Below are positions 16,519 to 26,312 of a DNA stretch of 64,000 bases, piece after piece. A model generated the notes under the pieces. The model made no database searches, was not told where the DNA came from, and worked only from the letters and a program-made list of their open reading frames with translations. The position numbers and the translations under genes are program-made. Numbering within the stretch: the stretch's first letter is position 1; each line of letters starts with the position of its first letter. The stretch comes from a virus, in IMG/VR virus record IMGVR_UViG_3300025759_000073, positions 1 through 64,000 of that record. The stretch is one strand, 5' to 3'.

Positions 16519-19491
16519 TTATTCTGGAAACTCTGCACCGGTGTTCGTCAGGATGAAGTCCAGAGCAATAAACTCAATTGCTCTTGCCGGCTTAATGAAA
16601 AGTTTCGCATAAAGAATGTTTTGGTCAACAAGGTCAGGAGTAGTAGTTTTGTTGTCCAGAACAAATCTGTAATCTACCAGACCTAATCCGTCCTTCACTT
16701 CTTCCAGAACTTCGTTTGCTCTTCTAGAGAAATCCGACCACGTTGCTTGAACGTTCTGTTCGAAAAGTACAGTTTTTGCGATTGCCGAAATTCTTCTTCT
16801 CAGGAAGATAAGCAGTCGTCGAACATTGATTCTATCCAGCGCCGATCTTTCTAATTGAAGAGTCTTCTGCCCAAAGACCACGATACCTTCCGAGGGGAAA
16901 TTAGCAATTGGGTTAACTCCATTGTCGTAAAGGTCGTCTCTTTCAGAAGAGGTCAATCTATCTTTCACATTGACAACAGTCACGCCGGCCAGACCGGAAG
17001 AAAGACCGCCCCGATTGAAGCCAGCCGGAGCAAACCAAACATCGGAAGTTTGCTTAACTCGTCCAAACACACCAAGCATTGGGACAGAGGGAGGAACAGC
17101 AACAGTCGCATCATTTCTTGTATCAACAATGTCAACCCAAGGATAGAAAGTACAAGCGTAAGAGTGATTGACTTGTGCCAAGTCACCTCGCCTATGATTG
17201 ATGGCACCAGAGACGGTTCCTCTTTTGGCATCTGTGCCAACTTCAGAGGGTTTGAGAACTTCAAGCGGACGGTATTGTGAATCCAAATCAAGAACTGCTA
17301 GCATATCACCTCTTTCGCGAGCATAGTCAGCCAGTTGAACGTTCAAGTTGGGCTCCATAAGACCGGGAACTGCTGCAACATCTGCATCCAAGAATTCCGG
17401 ATCTTTGAACATTTTGATAGCCGTGAGAACCGAGTACCAAGCATAGTTTCCACGTCCATCAGTAGAAGCGCCGCCATCCAACTCATCAATCGAGAAAGGA
17501 TCTTTTTGTTTGATATCAACACCATCCAAGCCGCCGTGCAGAGGCATTGTGAATTTATTATAACCAGCATCCAAAACAGTTTTCCAACCTTCGGAAGTGT
17601 TGCTGTAGAGTCTCACCAACTCAGCAGGGGCTTTACCAGCGCCTTCTGCTTTATAATAAATACCGGTAGCAGAAAGGGAACTTCCGCCAGTTCGGTTTGT
17701 GCTAGCATAGACTGCATCATCTTGCCACCCTTTTGTAGAGGAAGAAGCTTGTCGAACATCATCCAAAGAGAACGCGAAGGTATGAACAGTGCCGGTTCCT
17801 TTTTCCCAAGAATCGCGAGCAGCGCCCGAACCATCACCTTCCAGAGGGTAAGTAAGGTCTGAATAAGCTCTAGAATAAAAGCGACCGGTATCTTCGCGTG
17901 TCGTTCGAACGCCAAAATAAGCCCCTCTTGCCAATCCACGGGTAGCGTTTGAAGCAGTCACCCGAAGAAGATAGTCTGGCCATTCCAAAGAGCCAGTGAA
18001 AACAGTGCCATTAGAAGTAATACACTTAGCAACCCCAGTAGTATCTTGACTGTATGCTACCGAGGAGGATGCGTAAGAGCCAGACCAGTTAAGATATCCA
18101 GTAGCGGGATCAAGTGCGCCAGAGCAAATCTGAAACTTTTGTCGTCGCGCTGGTCCCAAGAAGCCAAACGGAACCAGTTCCGGATTTGCGTTACCTGCCT
18201 TGACAGTTGGGTGCATTTCAACTCGAATATAACGAGATTGGTTTGGAAACTCTCCAACAACATCAAACTTGTCAGTTGTTTGATCCAATTTAAGATACTG
18301 ATCTCCAATCCTTCTAGCGACATAATCAGAAGAGCGTGGATTAAGGTTCAAATCATCAAATGCTTCCAAGATTTCCGGAGCATCATCTCTATCACCAACC
18401 CCTCGGACTTGAACACTGAAAGTAGGATAAGGATCGGCAGCAGAGTCCACCTTTGTATAGCGAATATTTGAAATGGAAACTTTAAGGTTTTTCGAAGCCC
18501 AGCTTCCTTCCGTAAGACCAACCAAGCGGAAAAGTCTCTGAGGAGGGTTATCAATCGGGTCAAAAGAACCTGACGCTCCCAGATCTTGCGAAAATACATA
18601 TCCAGTCTTTGCAGCTTGTGCTGGGTATTGATAGTCCGATTTGTTGTTCTCGGTTTCTTTATCCAAGGCTGTAATGAAAGCTAACGTATTTGAATTTGCA
18701 TCTGCATCTGCTAATTTTTTAATATTATCTTCAAAAGTCTCACCAACCCAGAAAAGTTCTCTTTTATCATTCAAGGCAGAGTTACAAGCAACAGGGCTTG
18801 TGTTCATTGCTTTGCGAATAAAGTTTGCCTTATCAGGGTTCAAAGAGACTTTATATTGCTTAGTTTGGATCTCATCATATCCAGCGGCAATAGAAGATGC
18901 AAAGTAAATATCGATGTCTGCCGTGTTCATCTTTTCAGAGAATGGAAACAATTTATGAGTTTTGGCGTTTGACGCGGTGCCGACAGAGAGAGAAGCTTTT
19001 TCATCAACGTAGAAAACTGCCGCAAGGGAGCCGGTTCCGTGATTGCCACTAGAAGCCGAAGGCAGCAGCCAAAGACCATAAGCACCACCGTTAGCCGCTA
19101 AAGCATCCGAAGGTGCGATCACGGTCGTTTTCCAACCAGCATAGCCATCAGCAGTTGGTGTTGGGTGTTGATATCCACCCAGTCGGATAAAAGTGACAGG
19201 AGCAGCATTTCTCAGATAAGCAACAGCGGCGTGTGCTCCATAGTGGGGGGAAGTTGTGTTTTCATCTCGCCATCCATCACCTGCCGAAAGACCACCAGCA
19301 GCAGGAACTCCAAAAACTCGAACAAATTCATCAACAGAACTGACAACGACCGGCTTCATAATTGGACCTTGCTGAGAACGACCAACGATCACAGGGCCAA
19401 CCTCTGAAAGAACTGGGTTATCGATCACACTTTGATCGATTTCTTCAATTCGAATTCCGGGGGATCTAAATCTAAAATTTTTAGCGGACAT
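16519..19491 (-). CDS. contractile tail sheath protein (gp18-like)
   Basis: SPGI..EEID N-terminus; YPWV, PPS, WFAPAGFNRG, VNPIA.FP..GIVVFGQKTL, DRINVRRL, KPARAIEFI. Confidence 0.95.
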   Translation of the reverse strand: MSAKNFRFRSPGIRIEEIDQSVIDNPVLSEVGPVIVGRSQQGPIMKPVVVSSVDEFVRVFGVPAAGGLSAGDGWRDENTTSPHYGAHAAVAYLRNAAPVTFIRLGGYQHPTPTADGYAGWKTTVIAPSDALAANGGAYGLWLLPSASSGNHGTGSLAAVFYVDEKASLSVGTASNAKTHKLFPFSEKMNTADIDIYFASSIAAGYDEIQTKQYKVSLNPDKANFIRKAMNTSPVACNSALNDKRELFWVGETFEDNIKKLADADANSNTLAFITALDKETENNKSDYQYPAQAAKTGYVFSQDLGASGSFDPIDNPPQRLFRLVGLTEGSWASKNLKVSISNIRYTKVDSAADPYPTFSVQVRGVGDRDDAPEILEAFDDLNLNPRSSDYVARRIGDQYLKLDQTTDKFDVVGEFPNQSRYIRVEMHPTVKAGNANPELVPFGFLGPARRQKFQICSGALDPATGYLNWSGSYASSSVAYSQDTTGVAKCITSNGTVFTGSLEWPDYLLRVTASNATRGLARGAYFGVRTTREDTGRFYSRAYSDLTYPLEGDGSGAARDSWEKGTGTVHTFAFSLDDVRQASSSTKGWQDDAVYASTNRTGGSSLSATGIYYKAEGAGKAPAELVRLYSNTSEGWKTVLDAGYNKFTMPLHGGLDGVDIKQKDPFSIDELDGGASTDGRGNYAWYSVLTAIKMFKDPEFLDADVAAVPGLMEPNLNVQLADYARERGDMLAVLDLDSQYRPLEVLKPSEVGTDAKRGTVSGAINHRRGDLAQVNHSYACTFYPWVDIVDTRNDATVAVPPSVPMLGVFGRVKQTSDVWFAPAGFNRGGLSSGLAGVTVVNVKDRLTSSERDDLYDNGVNPIANFPSEGIVVFGQKTLQLERSALDRINVRRLLIFLRRRISAIAKTVLFEQNVQATWSDFSRRANEVLEEVKDGLGLVDYRFVLDNKTTTPDLVDQNILYAKLFIKPARAIEFIALDFILTNTGAEFPE

Positions 19492-19530
19492 TCAATAATC
19501 TCCTATACATCAAATATCATTTTTCTTATA

Positions 19531-19538
19531 ATAAATAG
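19531..19538 (-). promoter_or_regulatory. candidate late promoter motif CTATTTAT
   Basis: Intergenic copy 40 nt upstream of the sheath start. Confidence 0.65.
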
Positions 19539-19559
19539 GTTGATTAGGTTCAAAAAGAA

Positions 19560-20441
19560 TTATTCTCCAAAGTTTCTATAATCTTTTACAGGATCAGTTC
19601 GATCATTCTTTTCGCCTAAACTAGACTTTTCTCTCATAAACCTAACTTGAACTGGGTTTTCTCTTTCGACCAAGAAAGGCTTCGCTTGGTTATCACCTTC
19701 GCCGACAAGATAAGCAAAGACATTTATATTTACTTTTGCTTCGTATGTTCTTTCTTCGGAGCCCATATTCTCAACGTTGTTTGCAATTCCAAAATCATCT
19801 TGGATGAAGGCTTCATAAAAATGACCATTTCTAGAAAGGGGGAAATAGTTAATCCCACCAACATTAGAAATAAATGGATTGATCATTTGGTTCATTTGCT
19901 GCTGGAACTGGGCCTTGATACTGATCTGATAGTTTGCTTCAATGTAAACCGGAAGTGGAATAGAAATTGTTTTAAAAACCTCTTTCTTTTCTCTTTTCTT
20001 TGGAAGAACAAAGTTGATTTGTCTTATTCCGGGGTTTTTGAAAGCATCAGCGTTTGCAAAGTTTGCTGTTTTGTTTTGATTTAATTTCTTTGTGATTTTT
20101 ACTGCCCCGCCTCTATAGTCATTGATTTCCGGCATTGGAGCAAAAAAGACACCGCGCTTGTCTCTTGGCTTTGTGACGCTTGTTCTTGCAATTGTCATAA
20201 TAGGATAGATCAAGCCGCCTTCAGAGTCTCGAAGCTCTTTGTCGTTTTTAGACTGAAAGGATCTTTCAGCCGAAGTCCAAATAACTGGAACCTTTTCAAA
20301 GCCTTTGTTTGTTTCTATAGAAATATTAAGATGCTCATCAACCCATTCAAAAACAGAGAAATCAATGTTTTCCAAGTTTGAAGGTTGAAGATAAACAACT
20401 TCCGCATTTTCTAGCTTTTCATCTCTTTTTTTATTGTGCAT
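19560..20441 (-). CDS. putative tail terminator/sheath stabiliser (gp15-like)
   Basis: KVPVIW...ER, YPIMTIAR, PVYIEANYQISI...QQMNQM; between neck and sheath. Confidence 0.65.
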   Translation of the reverse strand: MHNKKRDEKLENAEVVYLQPSNLENIDFSVFEWVDEHLNISIETNKGFEKVPVIWTSAERSFQSKNDKELRDSEGGLIYPIMTIARTSVTKPRDKRGVFFAPMPEINDYRGGAVKITKKLNQNKTANFANADAFKNPGIRQINFVLPKKREKKEVFKTISIPLPVYIEANYQISIKAQFQQQMNQMINPFISNVGGINYFPLSRNGHFYEAFIQDDFGIANNVENMGSEERTYEAKVNINVFAYLVGEGDNQAKPFLVERENPVQVRFMREKSSLGEKNDRTDPVKDYRNFGE

Positions 20442-20922
20442 TGAAAGTTCCTTCTCTTGCTCGGATACATTCTGCCATTATCTCAAAAGACTTGTCCCCT
20501 CGCCCAAATAGTTGACGAGGTTCAGTCAAGGTGACAATCTCATAAAAGAAATCAGCATAAAGAACAAAGTCGCCCTCTCTAACAAAAAGGTCTTGGTCTT
20601 CTGTCAACCTTCTTTTGTGAAAGTTGATTGAGATCTTCCTTAAGCGATCAATCCCATACCCTGTATTATTTGTTTCGTGGGAATCCCACTTAACCATTGC
20701 GTGAACCCTGACCGGAGGAAGAAAGGTCTTTTCTATAGACTCTCCATAAAGAGGATGGAAGTTTGTCAACTCCAAATCAATAGGGTAATAAAGGATAGTT
20801 TGTCCAATAACACGCTCGATCAGTTCATCGTTGACTTGCTTAACCAGATCTCTTTCTTTCTGGTTCAAAAACATTGGAGGAGGTGGAGCGTCCGGCTGTG
20901 ACCATTTATTGTTTGTTGACAT
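20431..20922 (-). CDS. putative head closure/neck protein (gp14-like)
   Basis: GQTILYY...HPLYGE...F.PPV...REGDFV...YEI; position in neck module. Confidence 0.65.
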   Translation of the reverse strand: MSTNNKWSQPDAPPPPMFLNQKERDLVKQVNDELIERVIGQTILYYPIDLELTNFHPLYGESIEKTFLPPVRVHAMVKWDSHETNNTGYGIDRLRKISINFHKRRLTEDQDLFVREGDFVLYADFFYEIVTLTEPRQLFGRGDKSFEIMAECIRAREGTFNAQ

Positions 20923-20933
20923 TGATTACTTCC

Positions 20934-22208
20934 TTATCCCATCAAGATATAATTTGGAGCAGATGTGAAAACCTTTTGTGCATTCTCTGTCATTTGAGCA
21001 TCTGTTTCAATTAGCTTTGGATAAGTCATTTCATCCAAGATTGTTTTTAGTTCTTCTCTTAGTTTATCTTGCTCTTCTTTACCTTGTGAAAGCAATTCAG
21101 AGTGGTTAAGAGTAACAGACTCGCCGGGAATTGGAAGGGTGCTGAATTTCCCTCGAATTTGTCCCAGCATTTCTTTTGAAAGGGCCAAGGCAAACCTTCT
21201 AATCCATTGCTTTCCGATTGAGTTGATACTTTCAAATGGAATATTTGCAAATGGAAGAGTGTTCATATTGTTGACACCATCAACACCGGAGGGTCGATCT
21301 GCGTCATCCTCCCAAGGATCTCCATCTACAGTGAACTCAAACCACATCTTTTTGTTGTTCAAGAGAGAAGGCGGAATAGGAAAGATCCTAATCTTGTTAT
21401 TTCTAATCTCATAAGAATAGTTGGACGTTCTGGTTCTGATTGCATCTTCATACTCGGCTGCTTGGGCCTTGTTCTGCCAAACTGGAACCAATTGGAAAGT
21501 AGAATCGTCTGCAAACTGACCATATGTACTCAAGTTGCCTGTTGCGCCCAGACCGCCATAATACCCATAAAACCTCCAGATTGCTCTAGGAGAAAGATAA
21601 TAAACTCTTCTGATCATAATTCTTTTGTTTTGATAATCAATTGTTGCTGGTAGGGAACCAGATCCAACAGAAGAAGAAATTGCTGAGATCAGATCATAAT
21701 CTTGCACGTCATCTTTCAAAGTAAACGAAGAAGAATAGAAGTTTTGAGTACCTCCAACAGTCGCTTCTGTGGCCGCTGCATCTCCAAACCTCCTAGCATA
21801 ACCATAAGAAAATTTTGTATACTTTAAAGCCACGTTTCCGCCGCTTAAAGACGAAGAAAGGGTTCCAGCCTTGTACTCCCCTAAATGATCAAAAGAAGCT
21901 GTTGTAGCCCCCAAAGAATCGCCCAGAGAGTTCTTTGCTTGGTGGATGTTTACAAGATAAGAGTATTCAAGTGTTGCTTCTTCATAAGCAGTGTAAACTT
22001 GCTTTTCTGATAATTCAATTTCAAGAAGATCTCCACCCAACTTTCGGTAGGTATAATCCACCTGATCTGCCGCTCCTGATAAGAAGTCGGTGGAATTAAG
22101 GTAAATCCCAAAAGGAACTGCTGTGCTTGTTACATTTGCAACAGACCCAGTTTCAGGTAAGATATTTTTGCTTGTTTGACTAACAGGTGTTAATGTGGGG
22201 ATAGCCAT
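20934..22208 (-). CDS. neck/adaptor protein (gp13-like)
   Basis: KLGG...IEL...Q, WIRRFALALSKEMLGQIRGKF..PIPG..VTLN; follows major capsid. Confidence 0.75.
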   Translation of the reverse strand: MAIPTLTPVSQTSKNILPETGSVANVTSTAVPFGIYLNSTDFLSGAADQVDYTYRKLGGDLLEIELSEKQVYTAYEEATLEYSYLVNIHQAKNSLGDSLGATTASFDHLGEYKAGTLSSSLSGGNVALKYTKFSYGYARRFGDAAATEATVGGTQNFYSSSFTLKDDVQDYDLISAISSSVGSGSLPATIDYQNKRIMIRRVYYLSPRAIWRFYGYYGGLGATGNLSTYGQFADDSTFQLVPVWQNKAQAAEYEDAIRTRTSNYSYEIRNNKIRIFPIPPSLLNNKKMWFEFTVDGDPWEDDADRPSGVDGVNNMNTLPFANIPFESINSIGKQWIRRFALALSKEMLGQIRGKFSTLPIPGESVTLNHSELLSQGKEEQDKLREELKTILDEMTYPKLIETDAQMTENAQKVFTSAPNYILMG

Positions 22209-22240
22209 TCATTAGATCTCCCGATTCATAAGGTTTTCTA

Positions 22241-22248
22241 ATAAATAG
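22241..22248 (-). promoter_or_regulatory. candidate late promoter motif CTATTTAT
   Basis: Between the capsid terminator and the neck gene, 33 nt upstream of its start. Confidence 0.65.
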
Positions 22249-22256
22249 TTGAAGAC

Positions 22257-22291
22257 AAAAGAAAACCCCCAACCAACAAAGGAAGGGGGTT
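22257..22291 (-). terminator. intrinsic terminator after major capsid gene
   Basis: AACCCCC...GGGGGTT stem followed by TTCTTTT. Confidence 0.75.
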
Positions 22292-22332
22292 AACTCAAAG
22301 GAGGAGAACCATATGCTAAACTAAGTTAGCAA

Positions 22333-24099
22333 TTAAGCTCCGCTTTCGCCGTTAAGTCCACGACAAACAACCAGACCGTACATATCGGGTCGGACCATTT
22401 TCTTGGCGTAACGAGTCATGACACCCTTTCGGGGCACGAAATCTTCGACACCAAAGATGGTCGGGGTCACTTGCAGGGGCACATAAGGTGCGTACACATA
22501 ACCGCTTTCAAGGAAGCTAGAGCCTTTACGACCAACAAGAATCACGTTCTTGAGGAAGTAGGGATCAACGTAAACGTCAAACTTCTTGGAAAGGCTACCG
22601 GTCTTGACAGCACCGATGTCGCCTTTGGCAACATCAGCAGTGACGGAAGCACGGAAACCAGAGGTAAACTCAAGAATGTTTGCAATCTGCGGCGAACAAA
22701 CAATGAAGTTTGCACCACCACGGAGAGTTTTGGTGTGGATCTCTGCGGACACATCGTTGATGGTCTCGACCAGAGTTTCATACCACTCGGAAACAGTACC
22801 GGTGAAGTCTGGAGCAGCGGTATTTGCGCCAACTTCTGCACCGGTGGTTCGGTCCACGAAAAGACCGGGCGAACGCGACCAGTAGCGGGTAGCAGCAGTA
22901 GCACCGTTCACGAGGTCGTTCAGAAGCTCGCGGTCGATTTCAAGAGCAATCTGCTCGGAAAGGATCGAGGTAAGTTCAACTTCTGCATCCAAGTTGTGGT
23001 ATGCGTTGAGGTCTTGGCCAAGTTCCGGAGACCATTTTGCTTTGAGCTTTTTGGTCTGTGCCGTAACAGCAATCGAGTCCACTTTGATGTCGATCTCGGG
23101 GATTTCATCTTTGTTGACACTAGAGCCAACATTACCAGTTGACGGAGTAGGCTCTTCCAGACCCCAAGGATCAGCACCAACAACAGAACCAATAGAACCA
23201 CCTGCGTTGAAGTTATCGCGAATTGGCTGATCAATTTCAAGAACACCACTGCTGGTCTTCTTGGTAGCAGCGGCAGAGTTAGTAGTGACAAAGAAAAGTC
23301 TAAGATCGGTGCCGCTTTTGGCGGTCAAGCGACGAATAAGTTTAGTGTTTGCGTTGGTAAACGCATCCGTTGAAGAGGTCACAACTTGGTTCACGCTGGC
23401 ACCGGTGGTTGAAAGAGCAGACAGATTGTCATAATCCAAATCAGCGTTAAGCTCTGCTTGGGGGATATCCAACCGAAGGACATAATGTGTGCTATCAAGG
23501 TCAAAAAGATCCGGGTCATAATCCACAAGTTTCTTGTTTGCATCAGTAGCGCTAGAAGTGATTTGCCACTGAGTGACAACGGTCAAACTACCAGTTCCAA
23601 GTTCGGCAACAATTCGAGGGCTAGAATAAGCACCACCCATCAGGTAAGGTCCGCCATTAGACTCTCCACGAGAGCCAACAATGTTCACACCGGACTGGAT
23701 GCCTTTTGCCACTTTGTCAGTACCATAAATAGAGCGAGCAGCGGTATTACCAAATCGGCTAGCTTCATAGGTAAAGTCCAAGAAGAAGATCAGACCAGAG
23801 GGAAGGCTCATGGGCTGAACCGAAACGATATCGTTAGCAACGAGACCGCCAAAGACACGACGAACAATCGGGAAAGCAACAGCAGAGAAGCCTTCCACAT
23901 CACCAGCAGCCATCGAGGATGCTTCTTTCAAGAGTTGTTTTGCTTGGTTTTCAAGCAGACGAGACATTGACTGACGCTGATAGTCAGAAGTGAGACCTTC
24001 GAGAAGACCAGTTCTTTCCCATTTGGAAAGAAGTGCTTTGCCTTCTTGTGCAAGGTCGCGCTCAACAATGCCTTCTGTCAAAGTTTTCAATACAGACAT
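22333..24099 (-). CDS. major capsid protein (T4 gp23-like)
   Basis: KWERTGLLEG, LLENQ, VQPMSLPSGLIF, KLKAKWSPELGQDL.A.H.LDAE.EL, YAPYVPL, TRYA. Confidence 0.97.
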   Translation of the reverse strand: MSVLKTLTEGIVERDLAQEGKALLSKWERTGLLEGLTSDYQRQSMSRLLENQAKQLLKEASSMAAGDVEGFSAVAFPIVRRVFGGLVANDIVSVQPMSLPSGLIFFLDFTYEASRFGNTAARSIYGTDKVAKGIQSGVNIVGSRGESNGGPYLMGGAYSSPRIVAELGTGSLTVVTQWQITSSATDANKKLVDYDPDLFDLDSTHYVLRLDIPQAELNADLDYDNLSALSTTGASVNQVVTSSTDAFTNANTKLIRRLTAKSGTDLRLFFVTTNSAAATKKTSSGVLEIDQPIRDNFNAGGSIGSVVGADPWGLEEPTPSTGNVGSSVNKDEIPEIDIKVDSIAVTAQTKKLKAKWSPELGQDLNAYHNLDAEVELTSILSEQIALEIDRELLNDLVNGATAATRYWSRSPGLFVDRTTGAEVGANTAAPDFTGTVSEWYETLVETINDVSAEIHTKTLRGGANFIVCSPQIANILEFTSGFRASVTADVAKGDIGAVKTGSLSKKFDVYVDPYFLKNVILVGRKGSSFLESGYVYAPYVPLQVTPTIFGVEDFVPRKGVMTRYAKKMVRPDMYGLVVCRGLNGESGA

Positions 24100-24122
24100 T
24101 TGTTTTCTCCTTAATTATAATT

Positions 24123-25199
24123 TTAATTTTTAATTCCTGCCAATCTCTTCCAACGACTAGAGATGGCTTCTTCAATGGTCTCCTGAGTTTCTTTTCTCTT
24201 AGGAGCCACTGTCAACAGACTTCGTTTCTCGACTGCTTCACTCAGTGATTTTGGAGCAGACTTGCCGCTTCCCACTGCGTTTTGTGATAATGTCTCAAAA
24301 ATTATCTTAGCCTGTTCTTCATTCTTGGCGCTTGACAAACTTTCGGCAATCTTTTGTTTTTGCCGCTCATTAAGGGAGTCGTTCATCAGGGCCTTGTTGG
24401 TATACATCAATTTTGTGTTATCTAATTTAACTTTTGCAAAACTTTCTTTCAGTTTCTTAAAGTAATTCTCATATTTTTTGTTTTTGGCTTCAAGATCTTC
24501 AATGATCTCGACTGCTTCTTGCATAATGCCTTGTTGGTGTTCAATCTTATCTTCATATTTTTCTTTGATTGCTTCAAGATCCATTGCCAATTCCATTTCA
24601 GAATCGGTGAAAGCACCAACATGACCTGTGGGTTGAGTTTTATAATCCAAGTGGAACGCTTCTTCTAGGAAAAGATCATCATCCAATTCAATTTCTTCTT
24701 CGAGTCTTTCTTTACACTTTTCACACTTACAGTCTGAAGGGCATTTGCCTTCTTCAAGTTTTTCTTCTTCGTCTTCTTCCATATAGACTGCATCTTCGTC
24801 TTCTTCCATATAGACTGCATCTTCGTCTTCTTTGTGAGGTCCGCCACAACTGGCTTCTTCCAGAACTTCTGGCTCTGCAATCAGAAAAGATTTTCTTTCT
24901 TCGAGCACACCTTCAAATCTTTTGTTGATTTCTTCTTCCAGTTGTTGAAGGTCAATGGAAACCATTTGAGGCTCAATATCAGAAGTCCTATGGGCAAAAG
25001 GAATTTCCTCTTCCAATGCCGGTTCCAAGTCGCCATTACCAACTTCTTCGCCAGCAGGCTCTTCTTGTTCCAGAAGTTGATCCAAAGTAGAACGAACTTC
25101 GTCGGAATACTTTTCAATGATTGCTCTTTCAGCGTTTTGAATTGCAACTTCTTTTAATGCTTTTGCATCTACGATTGCTTGCTCTAACAAAGAAGACAT
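24123..25199 (-). CDS. prohead scaffold/core protein (gp22-like)
   Basis: Acidic coiled-coil protein directly upstream of MCP, many L/I-x-E sites, ends RWKRLAGI. Confidence 0.8.
   Translation of the reverse strand: MSSLLEQAIVDAKALKEVAIQNAERAIIEKYSDEVRSTLDQLLEQEEPAGEEVGNGDLEPALEEEIPFAHRTSDIEPQMVSIDLQQLEEEINKRFEGVLEERKSFLIAEPEVLEEASCGGPHKEDEDAVYMEEDEDAVYMEEDEEEKLEEGKCPSDCKCEKCKERLEEEIELDDDLFLEEAFHLDYKTQPTGHVGAFTDSEMELAMDLEAIKEKYEDKIEHQQGIMQEAVEIIEDLEAKNKKYENYFKKLKESFAKVKLDNTKLMYTNKALMNDSLNERQKQKIAESLSSAKNEEQAKIIFETLSQNAVGSGKSAPKSLSEAVEKRSLLTVAPKRKETQETIEEAISSRWKRLAGIKN
24766..24832. repeat. 27-bp tandem repeat (about 2.5 copies) within scaffold
   Basis: TCTTCGTCTTCTTCCATATAGACTGCA twice plus a partial copy; encodes EDEDAVYME repeats. 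Confidence 0.9.
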
Positions 25200-25232
25200 G
25201 TTTTATACTCCTAGTAAACTTAAATTTTATAA

Positions 25233-25240
25233 ATAAATAG
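25233..25240 (-). promoter_or_regulatory. candidate late promoter motif CTATTTAT
   Basis: Intergenic copy 34 nt upstream of the scaffold-MCP unit. Confidence 0.65.
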
Positions 25241-25270
25241 TTGTTATTTCTAATAAACACTTTATTTTGA

Positions 25271-25492
25271 TCAAGAAGAGCCTGTCGGGGCAGTCCATGC
25301 TGCCGTTGACATTATTGTTTGTGCTTCTTCTTGTGTTAAAACTGATGCTGAAAGGTTTACAACCCACTGAGGGTCTAAGCCTTCCCACTCTACAACAGCT
25401 AATGTTTCATCCAAAGACTTTCTTACACTGCCCAAATAAGAGAAGTCATAAGATGATAGGTCTGAAGATGAAATAATTGCATACTTTGACAT
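25271..25492 (-). CDS. small hypothetical virion-associated protein
   Basis: SVRKSLD.T.AVV.WEG..P pattern, as recalled next to fibre genes in T4-like phages. Confidence 0.65.
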   Translation of the reverse strand: MSKYAIISSSDLSSYDFSYLGSVRKSLDETLAVVEWEGLDPQWVVNLSASVLTQEEAQTIMSTAAWTAPTGSS

Positions 25493-25494
25493 TT

Positions 25495-26301
25495 TTATTC
25501 CTCTAACGCGGTGTTGTTATCAATAACTTCACCTGAGTTATAGAGAGTTGTTACCTGATCTGCTGTTAAAACTTGACCCCAAAGTGCAAGCTCATCAACA
25601 AAGAAATCTTGGTTTGCTGTTGAAGTGTTATTTCTGGCTATTTCGAACTTAGCACTAGTTGGTATCAAAGGATCGCCAGATGCAGGGTTTCCGGAACGAA
25701 GTAGGGTGCCATTTCCATATTGCTTATGTGTGTCTGTTGTTGGATCATAAGTCCAAACAACGTGAAACCAAGATGTTGCAGCGCTCCATCCAGCGCCGTA
25801 TGAAAAATCAATACCACCAAAACCAACACTAACACCACTAAACCCAGCGGTACCCCTGTGCATACCGGACACACCCCAGCCATACGTTGGGCTGCTGTGA
25901 CCGTATAAACTACCATCTGCAACGTTTCTGTAGTTAGCATTTCCGTTGCCACTGTCGTATATATTCCAAAATGGCACACTCGTATTGCCAAACTGAGTTG
26001 GAGAAAGGTTGATCCAAGCTGAGACCGAGTATCCCCCATCTATAGCAGAGCCAATTGTAGCATTGTCAGAGGTAGAGCCGTAATCATTAACGCCGTCGAT
26101 AACAAGAGAGTAGGAGCCGCCACCTGTGGGGACAGAACCGGTAAAGGCCGGGGAGCCGTTTAGAGTAAAGTCAAAAGAATTACCAGCATCAGAAGTATCT
26201 GAGCCGTCCTGACTTTCAAACTTATAGTAAACAACTGGGAGAATATAACTTGCTCCGCCACCACTAGCTCTACCATATATTCCCATTGGCATAGTAAACA
26301 T
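25495..26301 (-). CDS. LamG/concanavalin A-like lectin domain protein
   Basis: YYKFE, DGVNDY, YSVSAWIN, WFHVVWTYD, VDELALW..VLT..QV..LYN. Confidence 0.85.
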   Translation of the reverse strand: MFTMPMGIYGRASGGGASYILPVVYYKFESQDGSDTSDAGNSFDFTLNGSPAFTGSVPTGGGSYSLVIDGVNDYGSTSDNATIGSAIDGGYSVSAWINLSPTQFGNTSVPFWNIYDSGNGNANYRNVADGSLYGHSSPTYGWGVSGMHRGTAGFSGVSVGFGGIDFSYGAGWSAATSWFHVVWTYDPTTDTHKQYGNGTLLRSGNPASGDPLIPTSAKFEIARNNTSTANQDFFVDELALWGQVLTADQVTTLYNSGEVIDNNTALEE

Positions 26302-26312
26302 GATATCTTACC

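Noticed and set aside
23725-23732. Exact CTATTTAT copy inside the major capsid gene
   Set aside because: No gene start nearby downstream; chance matches are expected in AT-rich DNA
25228-25235. T4 late promoter TATAAATA on the plus strand (also near 47287 and 59540)
   Set aside because: It faces away from all genes and is better explained as the reverse complement of the minus-strand motif
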